From Blasia pusilla (Eukaryota), in NCBI GenBank assembly GCA_050084515.1, contig CM114271.1, positions 20,212,001-20,276,000 on the forward strand: DNA of 64,000 bases, in the 5' to 3' direction. The position numbers and the translations under genes were made by a program. Below are positions 12,101-25,783 of this stretch, one piece after another (position 1 is the first letter of the stretch; every line of letters starts with the position of its first letter). A model generated the notes under the pieces. That model was not told the origin of the DNA. It made no database searches and saw nothing but the letters and a program-made list of their open reading frames with translations.

Positions 12101-15100
12101 AATCTGTTTGGAGCCATGGTCGTCAAGGGAGATGATGACCTATGTACCAAAATATTCCACAGCTATTAATGGAAGCATGATGGATGGATTGACAAATGAA
12201 TGAACAAACAACATGATTTATTGTCGACGGTGATCTGAGGGGCCAACGGAATCTTAAAAACTGCACTTCACAGATGTAAAAGCTTTGTGAGACACTCAGA
12301 TTGAATACCTGTTCGCGACGCTTCCTTGGCAGATATTTTAATACATCCTTTTTCAATCTCCGAATCATAATGGTTGATTTCACCAAGGCATGGAGTTCCT
12401 CCTTGTTGCAAGCTCCTTGCCATTGGCCAAAATAGCCCTGTAGGTAGAGAAGCACTTGTATTTAAAGCAAGTTGTAATCTCAGCATCAACTTCACAACAA
12501 AACGAGTTCAGGGAACAAGATGCTACTGGTAGATAACACTTACACCCTGGCAGTATCGGTTACCATATTCATGAATACTTTGGTAAACATGAGGTTGCAG
12601 AGCTTCAAGCTGCAGCAGGAAAAGACACCATATCAACTTCCATTGTCACTATCTTTCACACCCACATGGCACAAGTATGTGGCATTTCCAAGTCCTCCAG
12701 AACGTTTCACGAAAAACTGCCTATAATAGAAAGAAAAACAGTCGTAGTAGACTCTCAGAATTCTTTGGCTAAAAAGTGCAGGTATTTGGTTGGAAGGGCC
12801 CCTGGGGATATTGTTGCTTGCTAGGGCCCTTGGGCAGGATTAAACTTGCAGCTTTTAGATGGTTACTAGTGCTTTTATGCCCAAGGATCCTTATGAGAGG
12901 CACTGTTGGCCTACTGGCCCAACAAACCAAATAACAGCTGAAACTGAAAAGCTTCTGCAAATATGTAATCTGTACTAAAGCCTCAAATGATGGAGTCAAG
13001 GACTGAAGCAACCCTGGCGAAGCCTATGAAATGACTGGAATGGGAGCATGAGTAGTCCTCCTGCATTCTTAATCTAATAGTTGTTAAGCAAAAATCCTCT
13101 ACACTTTAGGTAGTTATACCTGTTTGTAAAGCTCAATAGGTCTTGAAAGGGCAGGAGTGCCAGTGAGTAAAAAAGCGTACTTTGCCTTCTGCATTTGGAC
13201 CCACAAAATTTCTGAGGCCATTTACCACTAGACCAGTAAATATAAAAGAGCAGAAGGCAAGGCTGTTAAGATTGTGCATTTAGCATAAAGTGATAATCTG
13301 TACCTGTAGCAGAGGAACACAAACATTTGTTCTCTTTGCCTGTGGATTTTTCATGTAATGAGATTCATCTGCTATCACAATCTGCTCCCAAGGAAGGCTG
13401 TGATTGTTAGAGATCTTAGCTCAAAAGAGAAGGCAAATTATTTTCTCTATTTCCATTCAGCTCAGAAAAATCTTTTGAAGTCATGAGTGATTCACAATCC
13501 ACAGGCACACTCCAAGAAGCTAAGGCGAGAGAGAGGGTTTGCAACTTACTTTAAAACAATTGTTCTTGATTACGACCTCCAGCTTGCTTAGCATATCATA
13601 AGACACAATATTAAATAGCCCGTCAATCTGCACTCTTCTTTTGCCAGTAGAGCGCTCAATGTTGAAACCATCACGACAGCTGCCTTGTGACATAACAATC
13701 TGTATGGGCAACAGCTCAATATGAGATTCAAGCATGTGGCATCTTATATGCGAAGAAGCTGGTGGGGCTCCAAATCTATAGCTGAAATTTCAGGGTTGGG
13801 TAGAAATTCAAGATGCTAACATCCAAACAATATTGTTTATGGTAGTGATGTGATGATACCGTTATGTCACTGGGGTCCACTTCTACCCACTGCACCAGCA
13901 TCTGCAAAACCATGCATCATTCCGAGAAACCATATTCATGACCAACAACTTCCACACACATCGCTGGATGTAGAGCCACATAACTGACCACACATGTAAG
14001 TACTTATTGTGGAGTTGCTTCTCATGAACAGAACCCCAAGAGATGAGAGGACATGATGCAAACCTTAGCCCAGTGCACGCGCAGTGACGAAGGGACAATG
14101 ATGAGTACGGGCCAATCATCTTTCAGGCAAGATACTACTGCTAAAGCCTGCACCAAAATAAAAGCTTTCTTTAAGAGGGATTGTGTGATGGAACAACATC
14201 GGCGTTGTACAGAAGCTCTGAAAGTTATGAGACAGTGTATTGATCCAAGTTGGTTACTGACCCCTTATCAGCTCCAAAAAACTGAAGTCAAGTGATTAAA
14301 ATACCATTCCAGATCCAGTCAAGACACAACTTCAACCTCAACTCTAAACAGCTACACTTCGGGGAAGTATGTGTAAGCAGCACCCAACCGAAATCGGCAG
14401 ACGCAATTCTGTATTGAGTGAAAGAACAGAAACGACTGTCACCTGCAAAGTTTTACCCAATCCCATTTCATCGGCAATGAGAGCTCGACCTCCATGCTGC
14501 AGAGCAAATCTGCATACACTTCCAGTAGACAGCAATCAAATTGACAGAAAGCCAGCAGTTGGACTAACATTGTACATCTGCATGCATGGTGTTGACTCCA
14601 TCTCACCACCATGCATGTCAACACATGTCAACGGTGTATCATGTGGAGGAGGAGAGTGGTTGCTCGTGTAGGACACCTACACTAGTTAGCTGCTAGGACA
14701 ACTGACTTCTTGTGCTGTCACTCCTCTGGCATAACCTGCTTACATTTGAAGTATTTGTAGCTTCAGGTAGCATGGCCCTGTTGGGTCACTCTGAAAATAT
14801 ACAGGCTCACTAATTATCCGATATAATACTCTCATTGCAAAAGTCATAGTAACATCTATTCTCGTTTATATTTCATTTGATCCAAGTTAAAAGCATGGTA
14901 ACTGATACAGAGATGCTTTTTCAAATGTTGAATTCTGAGTCAGAAGAGTAAGTGAATACACGAAGGCCAGATAACCCTTAAAAGTTACCTTTAATGGAAA
15001 ATTTGAAGGGTTGGTGATATAGTCCTGCAGTACCCAGAGCAAATAGAGAGCAGAAATTCACCTGACTCCTTCTGTTTGAAAGGGCATCAGTTGTGACTTC

Positions 15101-18100
15101 AACTTCCCAGCAACAAGTTCAAACCTTTCTGCAAAGCACATTCCCATCAAATCTCTACAAATCCAAGTCCAAATTCAGTGATTTAACAGCTGATGTGCAG
15201 GCCAGACCTGCACTTCATCCTTGTCACTCGGATATAAGACCACCTGTACAACTAGAAGAATAGATCCAAGACCACGAGCTAAGTTAGGGATCAAACCCAA
15301 CTAGTTCTTATCACAAGCTGAACCCAGCCACACGCATCTGTAAACCCAAGACTACACCAGAAGAAAACTCCGACCAAAAAGAAGCAAACCAGGCTAAAAT
15401 GTGAGCGTCATGCAATGTGACCTGTTGGGTCCCTCTGATAATGAATAGGCTCACTAATCACATGACGTTCACATTAGCCAAGGAAGCCCTAAATTTGATG
15501 AGATACATACTGAGATTTCGGTGATAAGGGGAGAGACAGGAAACCTTGCAGATCAGGGAGAGCAGATGTAGCGTCAAGCGCACGCTTCACAAGTGGTTCC
15601 AGTGGTTCAATCTGTCACCAACATGATATGGTACACCAACTGATTTTCCATTGATTCACACAAATACTTGTGCACAGGCATTGAAAGAATCTGAAAGCAT
15701 GATCTTGCTCTTCCCACAAGGCAAGACAGCGATTTGTAGGAGAGCCACACAAGGTGGAGAGACTTACAGTTACATCACGGTCACTAATGTTGCGAAGGAT
15801 CTTTTCTGCTTCAGTAAGTGATGAGAAAGGGAACATCCATAACCTGAAAAGACGGCCAGAGCCAAAGGTATATCAAGAGAGGATAATGGCTGCTGAGATA
15901 TCCCACACTGGCTCTTCCTTCTGGGATTGAAGACTATTACAAGGTGGACGTGGAGAGAGAGTTGCTCATGACAAGGAAGGGTGTAACAAACTTTGCAATC
16001 AAGGACAATGTCATAATTGGCCACCAAAGCCCAGTCACAGTCTACGTTGTACTTTTTGGAATGCATCAGAGTACCACCCAACACTCCCCCCTCGTGAAAC
16101 TTTACCAAATGATTACAACATGCGAAGTGTTTCGATCCTTTTAACCTACCTTGGTTCACGAAAGGCAGATGAGTAACCTACTTGCAGCCTTATCAACCCA
16201 CAGGACTTGGAAACCCCCATTTGAGTCCACAAATGAATGATCTATGAAAAATGAGTATATTACCAGAATTCAGAAACCCAACAAACCACAACACAGTGGA
16301 CATGTTTTGTGTTTGACACCTATCGTGCTAAGTAGAACACCATAGGTGAGATCTCGGATATCACTCTACATGTTTACGAGGTCAGTTGGGCTAACTCACC
16401 TTTCTGTGTGATAATATTCAGATCTTGGAATAATTCGAAATGCTGCTACCAATTGCTACAAGCAGGAAAGCGAATTGTCAGTTCTCAATTAACTACAAAA
16501 TAGGCAAAAACTCTTAGCACCAGCCATAGAAAACCACCTAGTGGGAGTAGGTATGAAAAGTAACGTGAGATAGTTCTAGAGTTTGGGGGGAGAAATTAGA
16601 CCTGATCATAATCATGCCTTGCAGCAATCTTGCCACAACTATGGAGAAAAAACTTCACTTTGCAGTATTTTCTGGGTACTGGTGTGGATGCACCATCTTG
16701 AGATGATAGAGGTTGCGATAATTTTGGAGAAATACTAGGAGATCTAAATCCATCCCTGTTCTCTGGAGGAATTGGTTTCGGAGGAGTAGAGAAAACTTCA
16801 AAGTCCTCCTCCTGAAAGTCAGCGTTTCCTGCATGGAAAACCGACAGCTGAGGGCATTAAAAAATTGCACATTGGATCTTAACTCAATCCTTTTGAAGGA
16901 ATTTTTCCAGCCACGTGAAGCTGTCAAGTTGGTAGTTGCATAACCTTGGGCTTCTCAAGTAGGCCTTCAAAGTCCATAAATACAACCCAAGGAACCATTA
17001 CCTATGTCCCTATTCACGTATTCTCACTCAGGAACATCATCAAACCGACTGGATGTGAGCAACCACCAGCTCAGATGAGTAGAGACCTACTGACAAGGAT
17101 GGTCTGCTTCCACATTTCCCGTCAATCTATCCAAGGTGCGTAATTGAAGAGATTGGGAAACCTCAGAATTTGGGGACACAAACCGACTATCAGAGCAGAC
17201 GTCTGAGCAGCTATGCCAAGAAAATACGGGTTACCTGCAGCGCATTCCTGTACCAGACCACCACGTACTGACAAAGGAGGTTCAACGCAAACCTACACAG
17301 AAACAATGAAATGTCCATCAAACCGTCAGAAGCGGGATGTACCCACTCTTGTAATCCGAATCGAACTCTATCAAGAAGGGTCAACTTTGCCAGTTGGATT
17401 CCTTCGTTTGAAACCAAACCGTGCCAATCTATGAGAAAATGCTGGGCATGCAAAGCCAGTAAAATGTTGAAATATACCAGGTCTCACAATAAATATGCAT
17501 CTGCTACGGCCTAAATTAGTCTTTCTATCTACTCAATCACCATAGGTGCAGTCATTTCTGATCCCCAACACAGCAAATCTGACAGAACAATAGTGTACAC
17601 AACGAATCACCAGTCCGTCTTGGTACTTCAGAACTTACCTTCAATTTTAAATGTGAAAGGGAAGTGACAGCTTTCACAACCTCTTCTAGTCCAGCCTCAG
17701 GATATGTCCAAACCCTGGCGACAGTTCGAGAATCAATCAGGGGCATGCAATGTGTTTTGAGCATTGAAGTCCGGTGTAGACATAGACCACTTGAGTTCAG
17801 CTACGGCAATCTAGTTGAAACAGAAGTATTTAGCAGCGACTAAAAGATGTCGTGGTACACGCAAGGACGCCTTTAAAATTCAGACAGCTCTTCATCTGAA
17901 CGTAGCTAGAAAGGGCTAGCTCAGAACACTCACTTCCGGACAGAATCCCACAGACGTCCTGCAACATTCTTTAGAGCGTTGACGAGGTGCTGCATCACAA
18001 ATATAATCCATGAGACAAAAATCAAGAGGCTTGCCGGCAGAAATCAGACTGCCCTCGCCACAGGTACAAGAATGATTTTTTTGGGAAAATCCAGTGGCAA

Positions 18101-18565
18101 GCATGGCAATTTCACCAAAATCTGAGACTTTGGATTTCGCAATTAGACTTCGATCTTGTCTACAGAATCACTAACCGCATTATACTGAGTTTCAACCGCA
18201 ATTCTTCCACCCTGCTCCTTCGTAATCTTCAGAGGAATTGCCCTACCGGGAGTCTTTGAAGGAGAGCTCCAGGTCCAAGCTGATTCCCCTCCATTCTTTC
18301 TCAGCGAGACGAAATCCTGGCTCATCTGCAGTTGGTGTCTCTGGGGAGTAGAATCTCTGATTGCATTGATGGACGGCATTGAAGCAGTGCCGAAATTCGA
18401 GGGCTCTGCCGGGAGCTGGATCTTCTGAGGTGAAGGAGCATGGCTTCCAAGGGGGAATTGCGCCGGAGCTGTAGATAGTAACCTCTTCCGGGCAAGGAGC
18501 GTTGCGGCATTTCTCTCTATCGCGTCCAAATCCTCACAGCTCCAACCGTCCCAATCCTCGTCCAT
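9183..18565 (-). CDS. SMARCAL1: SMARCAL1/HARP-like SNF2 annealing helicase (plant CHR18 orthologue), about 26 exons, roughly 920-930 aa
   Basis: Exons traced by GT-AG sites, e.g. 18565-18176, 17989-17934, 17714-17639, 16455-16400, 15843-15768, ~14509-14443 ([12 protein letters not shown]), ~13381-13304 ([11 protein letters not shown]), ~13188-13120 ([11 protein letters not shown]), ~12437-12309 ([10 protein letters not shown]), ~11266-11198 (KFLVFAHHQ), ~10916-10812 (IRIDGKT), ~10659-10534 ([11 protein letters not shown]...[11 protein letters not shown]), last exon ~9587-9183. Confidence 0.93.
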
Positions 18566-18613
18566 TTTCCCCTTCTACGACGTCTTTCGCATCATTTCTT
18601 TGGCCACCAGTGA

Positions 18614-18618
<5 letters not shown>

Positions 18619-18675
<57 letters not shown>

Positions 18676-18677
18676 CT
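18619..18677. repeat. (CT)n microsatellite just upstream of the SMARCAL1 start codon
   Basis: Directly visible; shorter (CT)n at ~18804-18824 and (CA)n at ~18958-18977. Confidence 0.95.
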
Positions 18678-20415
18678 GTGCTACTCACCCAATTCCTGTG
18701 TCCACTGCAATCGCATTCGGCTTCTTCTTTCCACGATCCCCTCTACCCCAAAGAACCCATATCTCTAGCTGCCTCCGAGACACGAAAAAGGACGGTTAGT
18801 CCACTCTCTCTCTCTCTCTCTCTCCAATTGGATCCAGTGACACAAACCGATGGCTGCAGCGGCACTCCTTACACGCACAAGCGCGAATCCCCACTGATTC
18901 CCCAGAGCCCACAAGCCCAATTGTTACAATTCGACCCACGGGCAGACCATCTGCATCCACACACACACACACACACATGTGCCAGCATCACTCAACTAAG
19001 GCCAGCACCGGTAAAGCTGGGCTGAACGCTGCTGAGCGGAGGCGCTCTCAACCGAAGTGACATCTTCCGACACCCACGCTTCCTCGCGACCGCTAGCGCC
19101 TCCGCAGTGGAACACATACGTACGTATGACGGAATGACCTCGCTCGCTGCCTCGCGAATCGAATCGGGGTCCGGGGGAGCTCGAGCTCTAGTCCCTGCAG
19201 AGACGATTGAAAAAATACCTTCGCGCCATTTAAAGCCCTTCGAATGTTCAAATCTGCGGATTTTCTCGAGCTCCAGAGAAAGAGTGAGTGAGCACTACTC
19301 CGTCACTGCAAGCAAACCGCTCTTAGAGGCTTAAATGCAACCTTTACTCTCCTTTAGCATCCGTGGAATTCCGTGCGTTCTCCGGCGGCTGTCAGCCTCG
19401 GGGCTAACGGCGGCCATGAATATAGTGGGGCTGATTCTCTTTCAGTGCTTGGGTTCATTTAATTACAGTTAGGCCACATGTGTGGACTATAGATTAGGAT
19501 TATTATGGTTTTCTAAAACAAGTATGCTGCCTAAGTAGTCCATTTAATATTGTGGAAAATATATAATGGTTACAATGATATATGATCTAAGTAGTAGTAG
19601 AAAGTACAAAATGGGTGCAATGATGTACTAGCAAAGTTGAAAACGGTTAAAAATTAATATTATGGAAAGTACAAAATAGCTATATTGATATATGAAAAGG
19701 TTGAAAACAGGTAGGCCATATTTAGAATGTTGGGTGTCCATAGTGGAGTAGCAGTGTATTTGAAAATTTGGTGGGATGAGAAAAATCGATGTATTATTGA
19801 GCAAATGGCAAAAGTGACTTTGGACATTATTAATGTATGTAGAAGTGAGATATTTTGGCTTGAGATTGGGCGGTGTGTAAAACATATGTAGATAGTAAAA
19901 GTTTGCAAATGGAAAGTTGGGAATTGTAATGGCAAATATGTGTAGCTAGAGCATGAAAGAATACATTAACAAAGGAAATGAGATAATTCCTTGTCATTGT
20001 ATGAAGAAAAGAGCCAAATGAATAACATACTTAAGAATATCTAGAAATGAAATTTTTTATAATGTGCTTGGCAGATTTTGAAGTTATGTTGTTTGCAACA
20101 ACATAAAAAAAGCTTAGAAAGTATCAAAGAACTCAAAAGATAAAGTCATTGAATATGAAGAGCATGATAGCAAAACCAACTTGATGCAGATTAGGTGGAA
20201 ATTGATCCTTAAAGAAACAATAGTACAGCAATAGCATGTGGCAAAATTTCTTATGAAAATTGGACTGAGTTGATGTGTATGCCATCAGAGTTCAGAAGAG
20301 CACGCAATAAAGTAAAGGTGCTTTAAGGTTACAATTGAAGAACTCTAACCTCTAGAGTCACGCAACATTGATTGTAGTACAAGCAACTGCAATGAAAGTT
20401 TAGGACTAGTTCAAG

Positions 20416-20748
20416 TTATAGGGTAACATCTTTTGTAAAGTCATAAAGTTTTGCCCTGCAATCCTTAAGTTGTGTTTTAATTGCCCCTATCTCAACAATA
20501 TTTTCCTGATTATCTTGTAATACATCTTGGAGCAAACTATTGAGAACGCTAACTTGAGTAGATAAGCTTGAGATGTGGTCTTGAGCAGCATCTAGATCAT
20601 GAACAAAGTGCTGGTAGGCATCAGGTAGCTCTAATGATGACACTTCTTGGTGGTATTGCAAGGTCGTATCCATGTTAGTGTTGTGACTGAATGCTTGATG
20701 AGATGCACGTGGTCCAGCTTGATGAAATGGACCACGACCATAGATCAT
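20416..20748 (-). CDS. Short ORF with heptad/coiled-coil character, possibly a further Helitron-borne gene
   Basis: 110-aa ORF in AT-rich DNA: ...LDAAQDHISSLSTQVSVLNSLLQDVLQDNQENIVEIGAIKTQLKDCRAKL. No family recognised. Confidence 0.4.
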   Translation of the reverse strand: MIYGRGPFHQAGPRASHQAFSHNTNMDTTLQYHQEVSSLELPDAYQHFVHDLDAAQDHISSLSTQVSVLNSLLQDVLQDNQENIVEIGAIKTQLKDCRAKLYDFTKDVTL

Positions 20749-21371
20749 ATTTATAAATATGATCTATGGAATAATATGAACAAACAACTACATTAGAAGT
20801 AAAGGACAATACATTGAGTTGTATTATGGACAAAATGAATCGAAGGCAATACAGAAGAGAACAAATAGAATCTAATATGGAAAGGTTCAAAAAATGGACT
20901 TGAAATGTGGTCCATGATAATCTATATGTAGATAGTTGAAAGAGACATAATAGGAATCACATAAACTTAATCAATTAGAAAATCAATTATTATGTTGGAA
21001 AGAAAATATAATGCAAATGAAGCAAAATTGAACTGCAACAACTGAAGAAGCTATCCAATTGAAATGTGGATGTATAGTTGAAGTATCAAAATACAAATGC
21101 CTATTCATGTTCCAGCATATGGAAGAAATGGGAGCATGTGTGGACATAGCTGCAGTTGAAAGTAATAAGATAGAGCAGACTATATTGAAAAAAAATGCTA
21201 AATTTATTTGTAGTGTTGAAGTAGATAGCTAATTTGGATCAGCAAGAAAGACCTGCATGAAAATTGTATAGAGAATATGAGTTTAAGTTAATGATGAAAT
21301 GAATTGTAAAATTTAAAGTCATATAAGGTTTAAAAGCATAGCTCCAATCCAGCAATTGGATGAATAAATAC

Positions 21372-22500
21372 CTAGACACGAGGTAGCTTAAAAATATTTG
21401 CGCTTATTGGGCGATGCAAGAGTAGGAGCGAGGGTGTAATTGTCACTTCAAGGAGTGGGAAAGGTTTAATTCTTAAGAGGACTTTCAAAAAAGTTTGGAG
21501 TGTCAGATGATGTGTTATGGCTACTACTTCCAAGTGTTGAAGATATACTCATAATACCATCAAATTTAGGAAACAACGGAAAATTGTGGGAATTATCTAA
21601 ATCTATTGGAAGAGTCACAAACTCAGGCAACTAACCATCATCACGGGCACTCTTCATGCGCTCAAGCATGTGGCTTGCTTTTACAGAGGTAGGATCCAAT
21701 ACCATTCCAATAGGAAAATGAAACTCATGCCTAAGCATACGTAGTTAGTCTAGGCGTATGCCGCCAGATATAAGGTTGAATAGAGGGGTTGCATCCTTCC
21801 TAGTTAAGGATGCCTCCTTGAATTCAACATTTTTGAACCTCAAAGCTTCTTTCTGTATTCCTGAAAAAGCAAAGTAGAATGGAGGAATAGTTAGGTGCAA
21901 GTGGATAAGTAATAATTTTGAAGTGGAAATCTACAAAACTTGAATGCATACGGGTTGATGCAGAAATAACACTTAGAACTAAACTGAAAATATATACTTA
22001 ACCTGATGCTGCTCCTTCCTTGTGGATTCTTAGGAACTTGGAATCCCATGTTTGACCTTGTGCAATGAAAGTCTGGATTTGACGTCCGATGATGCCATGC
22101 TCCCAAAAAGCGGGCATTACTCCAAGGTTACATATGTACTTCATCTGGTTCTCCATGGGACTTGTATATCTAGACTTGATGTCTTCTTGAATTGTGTTTA
22201 TGTCGTTCAAGATCATATTTGCAAATTCTAAATAATTCAGAGGGATTTGATAACATAATGTTAGCTCAAATATGAGGGAGTGTGAGAATAGAAAGAAAAG
22301 AAGAATGAAAGAAATACCAAACCGTTGATGGTTTGTTGATGCACTGATGTAGAAAGAAGTTTATTGTTCACATTGCTTGCATTTCCATCTTCTTGATTGA
22401 CATGTGCGTCCTTGGCATTGAGAAATGGCTGAGCTGCAAGGTGAGTTTGATTCAATGATATGCTTGACTGTGTCCTTGAAGAATTCCCGAGAGAAGCCAT
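21372..22500 (-). pseudogene. Spliced gene of unknown function directly downstream of the Helitron helicase; exons 22500-22323, 22227-22003, 21860-~21372
   Basis: Two GT-AG introns, both phase 1, join MASLGNSS...QQTIN / EFANMILNDINTIQED...HKEGAAS / GIQKEALRFKNVEFKEA...HEFHFPIGMVLDP in frame. Exon 3 has in-frame stops. Confidence 0.6.
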
Positions 22501-24438
22501 TATAACTTTTGTAGAAGAGATAAGTTTATCGTGAGTAATGTCATAGAATATCAAATACTTTAAAATCATCAGATATCAGATTGCCAAAAAAAATTAGTTG
22601 GCTTCTACTCTTAACGTGGAATAACATCACATAGGCAAATCCTAGTGCAAAAATAGATCTAATTACCAAAAGACAACATCCACTTATAGTTGAACCTTGA
22701 ATTTTATGAGCAGTCATGGCATACCCAAGTAAAAGAGGAAAGGTTTTCTTAACATATTTGCGGTCCGAATCATACCTTAATGTTGCAGACTTTGTCCTAG
22801 ATATAGTAACAAACTTACCGCTTGAGAGAATCATAACCTGAATTTGTAGTATCTCATTATCTTTATACATAAGCTCAACAACTTTTGCTAAAGAGCCATT
22901 AGCATCCTATATTCTCAATTTGATGTTGGATGTTAGCATGACTATGCAATGAAGGGCTACAAAAGGCAACTGGTAAAATCTCTTGAAGTTAAAAATTGGA
23001 GACATTTGGTTGTACTTCCAATACCTAACCATGAATGAAATAAAATGTTTTCCCACACTCCGGTGGTTCTTTGAAGAGTAGTAGACCAGATTTGATATCT
23101 TTGAAGAGTCAAAAAAGTTCGGATTGTTCACTATTTAGATTAGCTATGTCATGTTCAATAGGATGTGTTATGTCTGAAGTAGACTCATGTGTCAGTGGAG
23201 ATGATTGTGCTGTCATAAGGTCTGCAATATTAACCTGTAGTTCATGTTGTAAAGATAATGTACTTTTGCAAGGATATCTGCTACATGGACTTGACTCCAT
23301 AGATTTTTGAATCCATGTGCTTTAACTAGTATATAAGCATCATCGATAGATTTAATTATCTGCCTGAGAATACATTCATGGATATAATTCCATTTGATTG
23401 CAGATGAGGTCAACATACTACTTTCAAAATGGAACTTAACATTGGAAAGAAGAACTACATAAAAAAACTCATTGGTTTGGTGAAGTGGATGAAATTCAGT
23501 AAACCTAAGTACACGGGTAGTTTTTGAGACTATATTACCTAAGTTGTCTAAGCCAATGTAAGGTGTAATCTACTTTGGATAAGTTTTCAAAAACTGATAA
23601 TTAGTCCAGTAGTGTGTGAAGGTCAAATCTTCAAAAGCTTGTGGTCTATTGGAATATAGGAAAATTGGATGAATACATAGAACTGAAGCATCTTTATAAA
23701 AGAAACTCCGTTGTTTCGTCTTTTAGGATAGATCGATGAGATCTAGTAGAGAGCCTTTGCGATTAGTGAAGGACAGGCTCCGGAGCTCGAGATCGACCTG
23801 TTGAGGCCCCGGGAACTTGAGACAACATGCTTCCCCTTTGTTTCGGCTCATTTGGAGCCATATTAAGAAACTTACTATTTTGGATAAGTGTTGTTTTGAA
23901 GATATGATCAAATTTCTATTTTGGGAAGTAGCCCTTGACCTCCTACATCAGGTCAAGAGCCAAGGAGGTGACTTGGGAGCATAGGTTACCATGGAGAGAG
24001 CTTGGGAGAGGGGAGGGATATACTTCAAGGAGAGAGAGCTTGAGAGCTAATTCTCTCTTTGTTGAACCTCTTCGCATAAGGCGGCGGAGCTATGGTCCTC
24101 CTTGTCTTGTGTGTGTGTAACCCAAGCCTCTCATTAGGAGAGTGGGTTTGGTTTGACATTGAGAGAGACATGTGAGAGCTATGGTGTTGTGAGCGAAATT
24201 TGACCTTATTTTACAAAGAGAGAATGAGAGCGTGAGAAAACTTCAATGGAGGAGCTTGCTAGTTACTTGCTGTTGGTGCAAGTGGGGGACCGCTTTCCCC
24301 ATTCAGTGGCTCATGGGAGTGCTTATCGGACAAGCGCTACTTGTTTTACTATTTTTCATTGCCGATTTTTTATGGGGAAGAGTGGCGTGCGGAAGCGCTG
24401 CCCAAATTTCTGTAGAGATGAATTTTGAGGGCAAATTT

Positions 24439-25058
24439 CCCCATTCCAGTGCTCTCGAGCCGCGTTCGACCGTTGTCGCGTTGGTTGCCATTGCCGCCAT
24501 TACGGAGTGGACGGTTTTCCACGACAATTTTTTATTGTCTCACTTGAGCCGCCACCTCGTACTTTGTTGTGGCTGCCGCCGTCAGCCTTCACCATTGACA
24601 GTGTGTCGTCAACGGTCTACTGTCGCCTTCCGCTGTCAATCGTCGATTGTCGCCACCGCCTAGCGTCGCTTAGAGCCGCGTTTGACTGTTGTCCCATTCC
24701 AGTGCTCTCTGGCCGCGTTCGACCGTTGTCCACCGTTGGTTGCCATTGCCGCCATTACGGAGTGGACGGTTTTCCACGACAATTTTTTATTGTCTCACTT
24801 GAGCCGCCACCTCGTACTTTGTTGTGGCTGCCGCCGTCAGCCTTCACCATTGACAGTGTGTCGTCAACGGTCTACTGTCGCCTTCCGCTGTCAATCGTCG
24901 ACTGTCGCCACCGCCTAGAGTCGCTTAGAGCCGCGTTTGACTGTTGTCCACCGTTGGTTGCCATTGCCACCATTACGGAGTGGACGGTCTTCCACGATAA
25001 TTGTTGATTGTCTCACTTGAGCCGCCATCTTGTACTTTGTTGTGGCTTCTTCCGTCAT
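24439..25058 (+). repeat. ~254-bp tandem repeat (2 near-identical copies plus a partial third) in the leader of the outer element
   Basis: Units start cccattccagtgctctc at 24439 and 24693; the partial third copy runs to about 25058. Confidence 0.92.
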
Positions 25059-25595
25059 CGCAATTTCGTCATGAACCCGTGATGGAAGGTGACCTCGGGT
25101 TGATGGTGTTTGAGTTTTCATTTCATTCTGCTAAGTTGTGATTGGTAGTCGCTCGACGATGATCGAGTACCGTGCCATAACACCCTTAGCCGCGTTGTGC
25201 CGCTTGTGGCCGCACCGCACCGTCTCGATCGCGGAGCCGCTCCTTCACTAAGATGTAGAGCGTATGTATTTCTACATACGCTCTACACCTTATTGATATG
25301 CCGCACAGTGCCGCATCCCATTATCGAGTGCCGTGCCGTTTTTGTAGCCGTTACGTGCCGCCAGTGCGGCACCATATCGCTAGATTTGAACCGCATAATG
25401 AGGAGATTTGAGCATCGTTAGTATCAAAGGGATACGACTGGCTAATTGGAGGATTTTGTCGTCATGGTCGAGTTGGGGTCGAGATTTGTAGTTGTTAAGG
25501 AGCGATCAATATTTTTTCAGGTTACCCATTCTGGTCTTTTGCCTGTACGTGGTGTCGTGCGCATAAACATCGCTACATAACATACATCGCTGTCA

Positions 25596-25783
<188 letters not shown>

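Noticed and set aside
19384-19426. GC-rich imperfect hairpin as a candidate terminus of the minus-strand Helitron
   Set aside because: No CTRR end or matching subterminal repeat in the right orientation, so the boundary was left approximate.
24439-25058. Tandem repeats as a CRISPR-like array
   Set aside because: Contiguous long units without unique spacers, inside a eukaryotic retrotransposon leader, and no cas genes.
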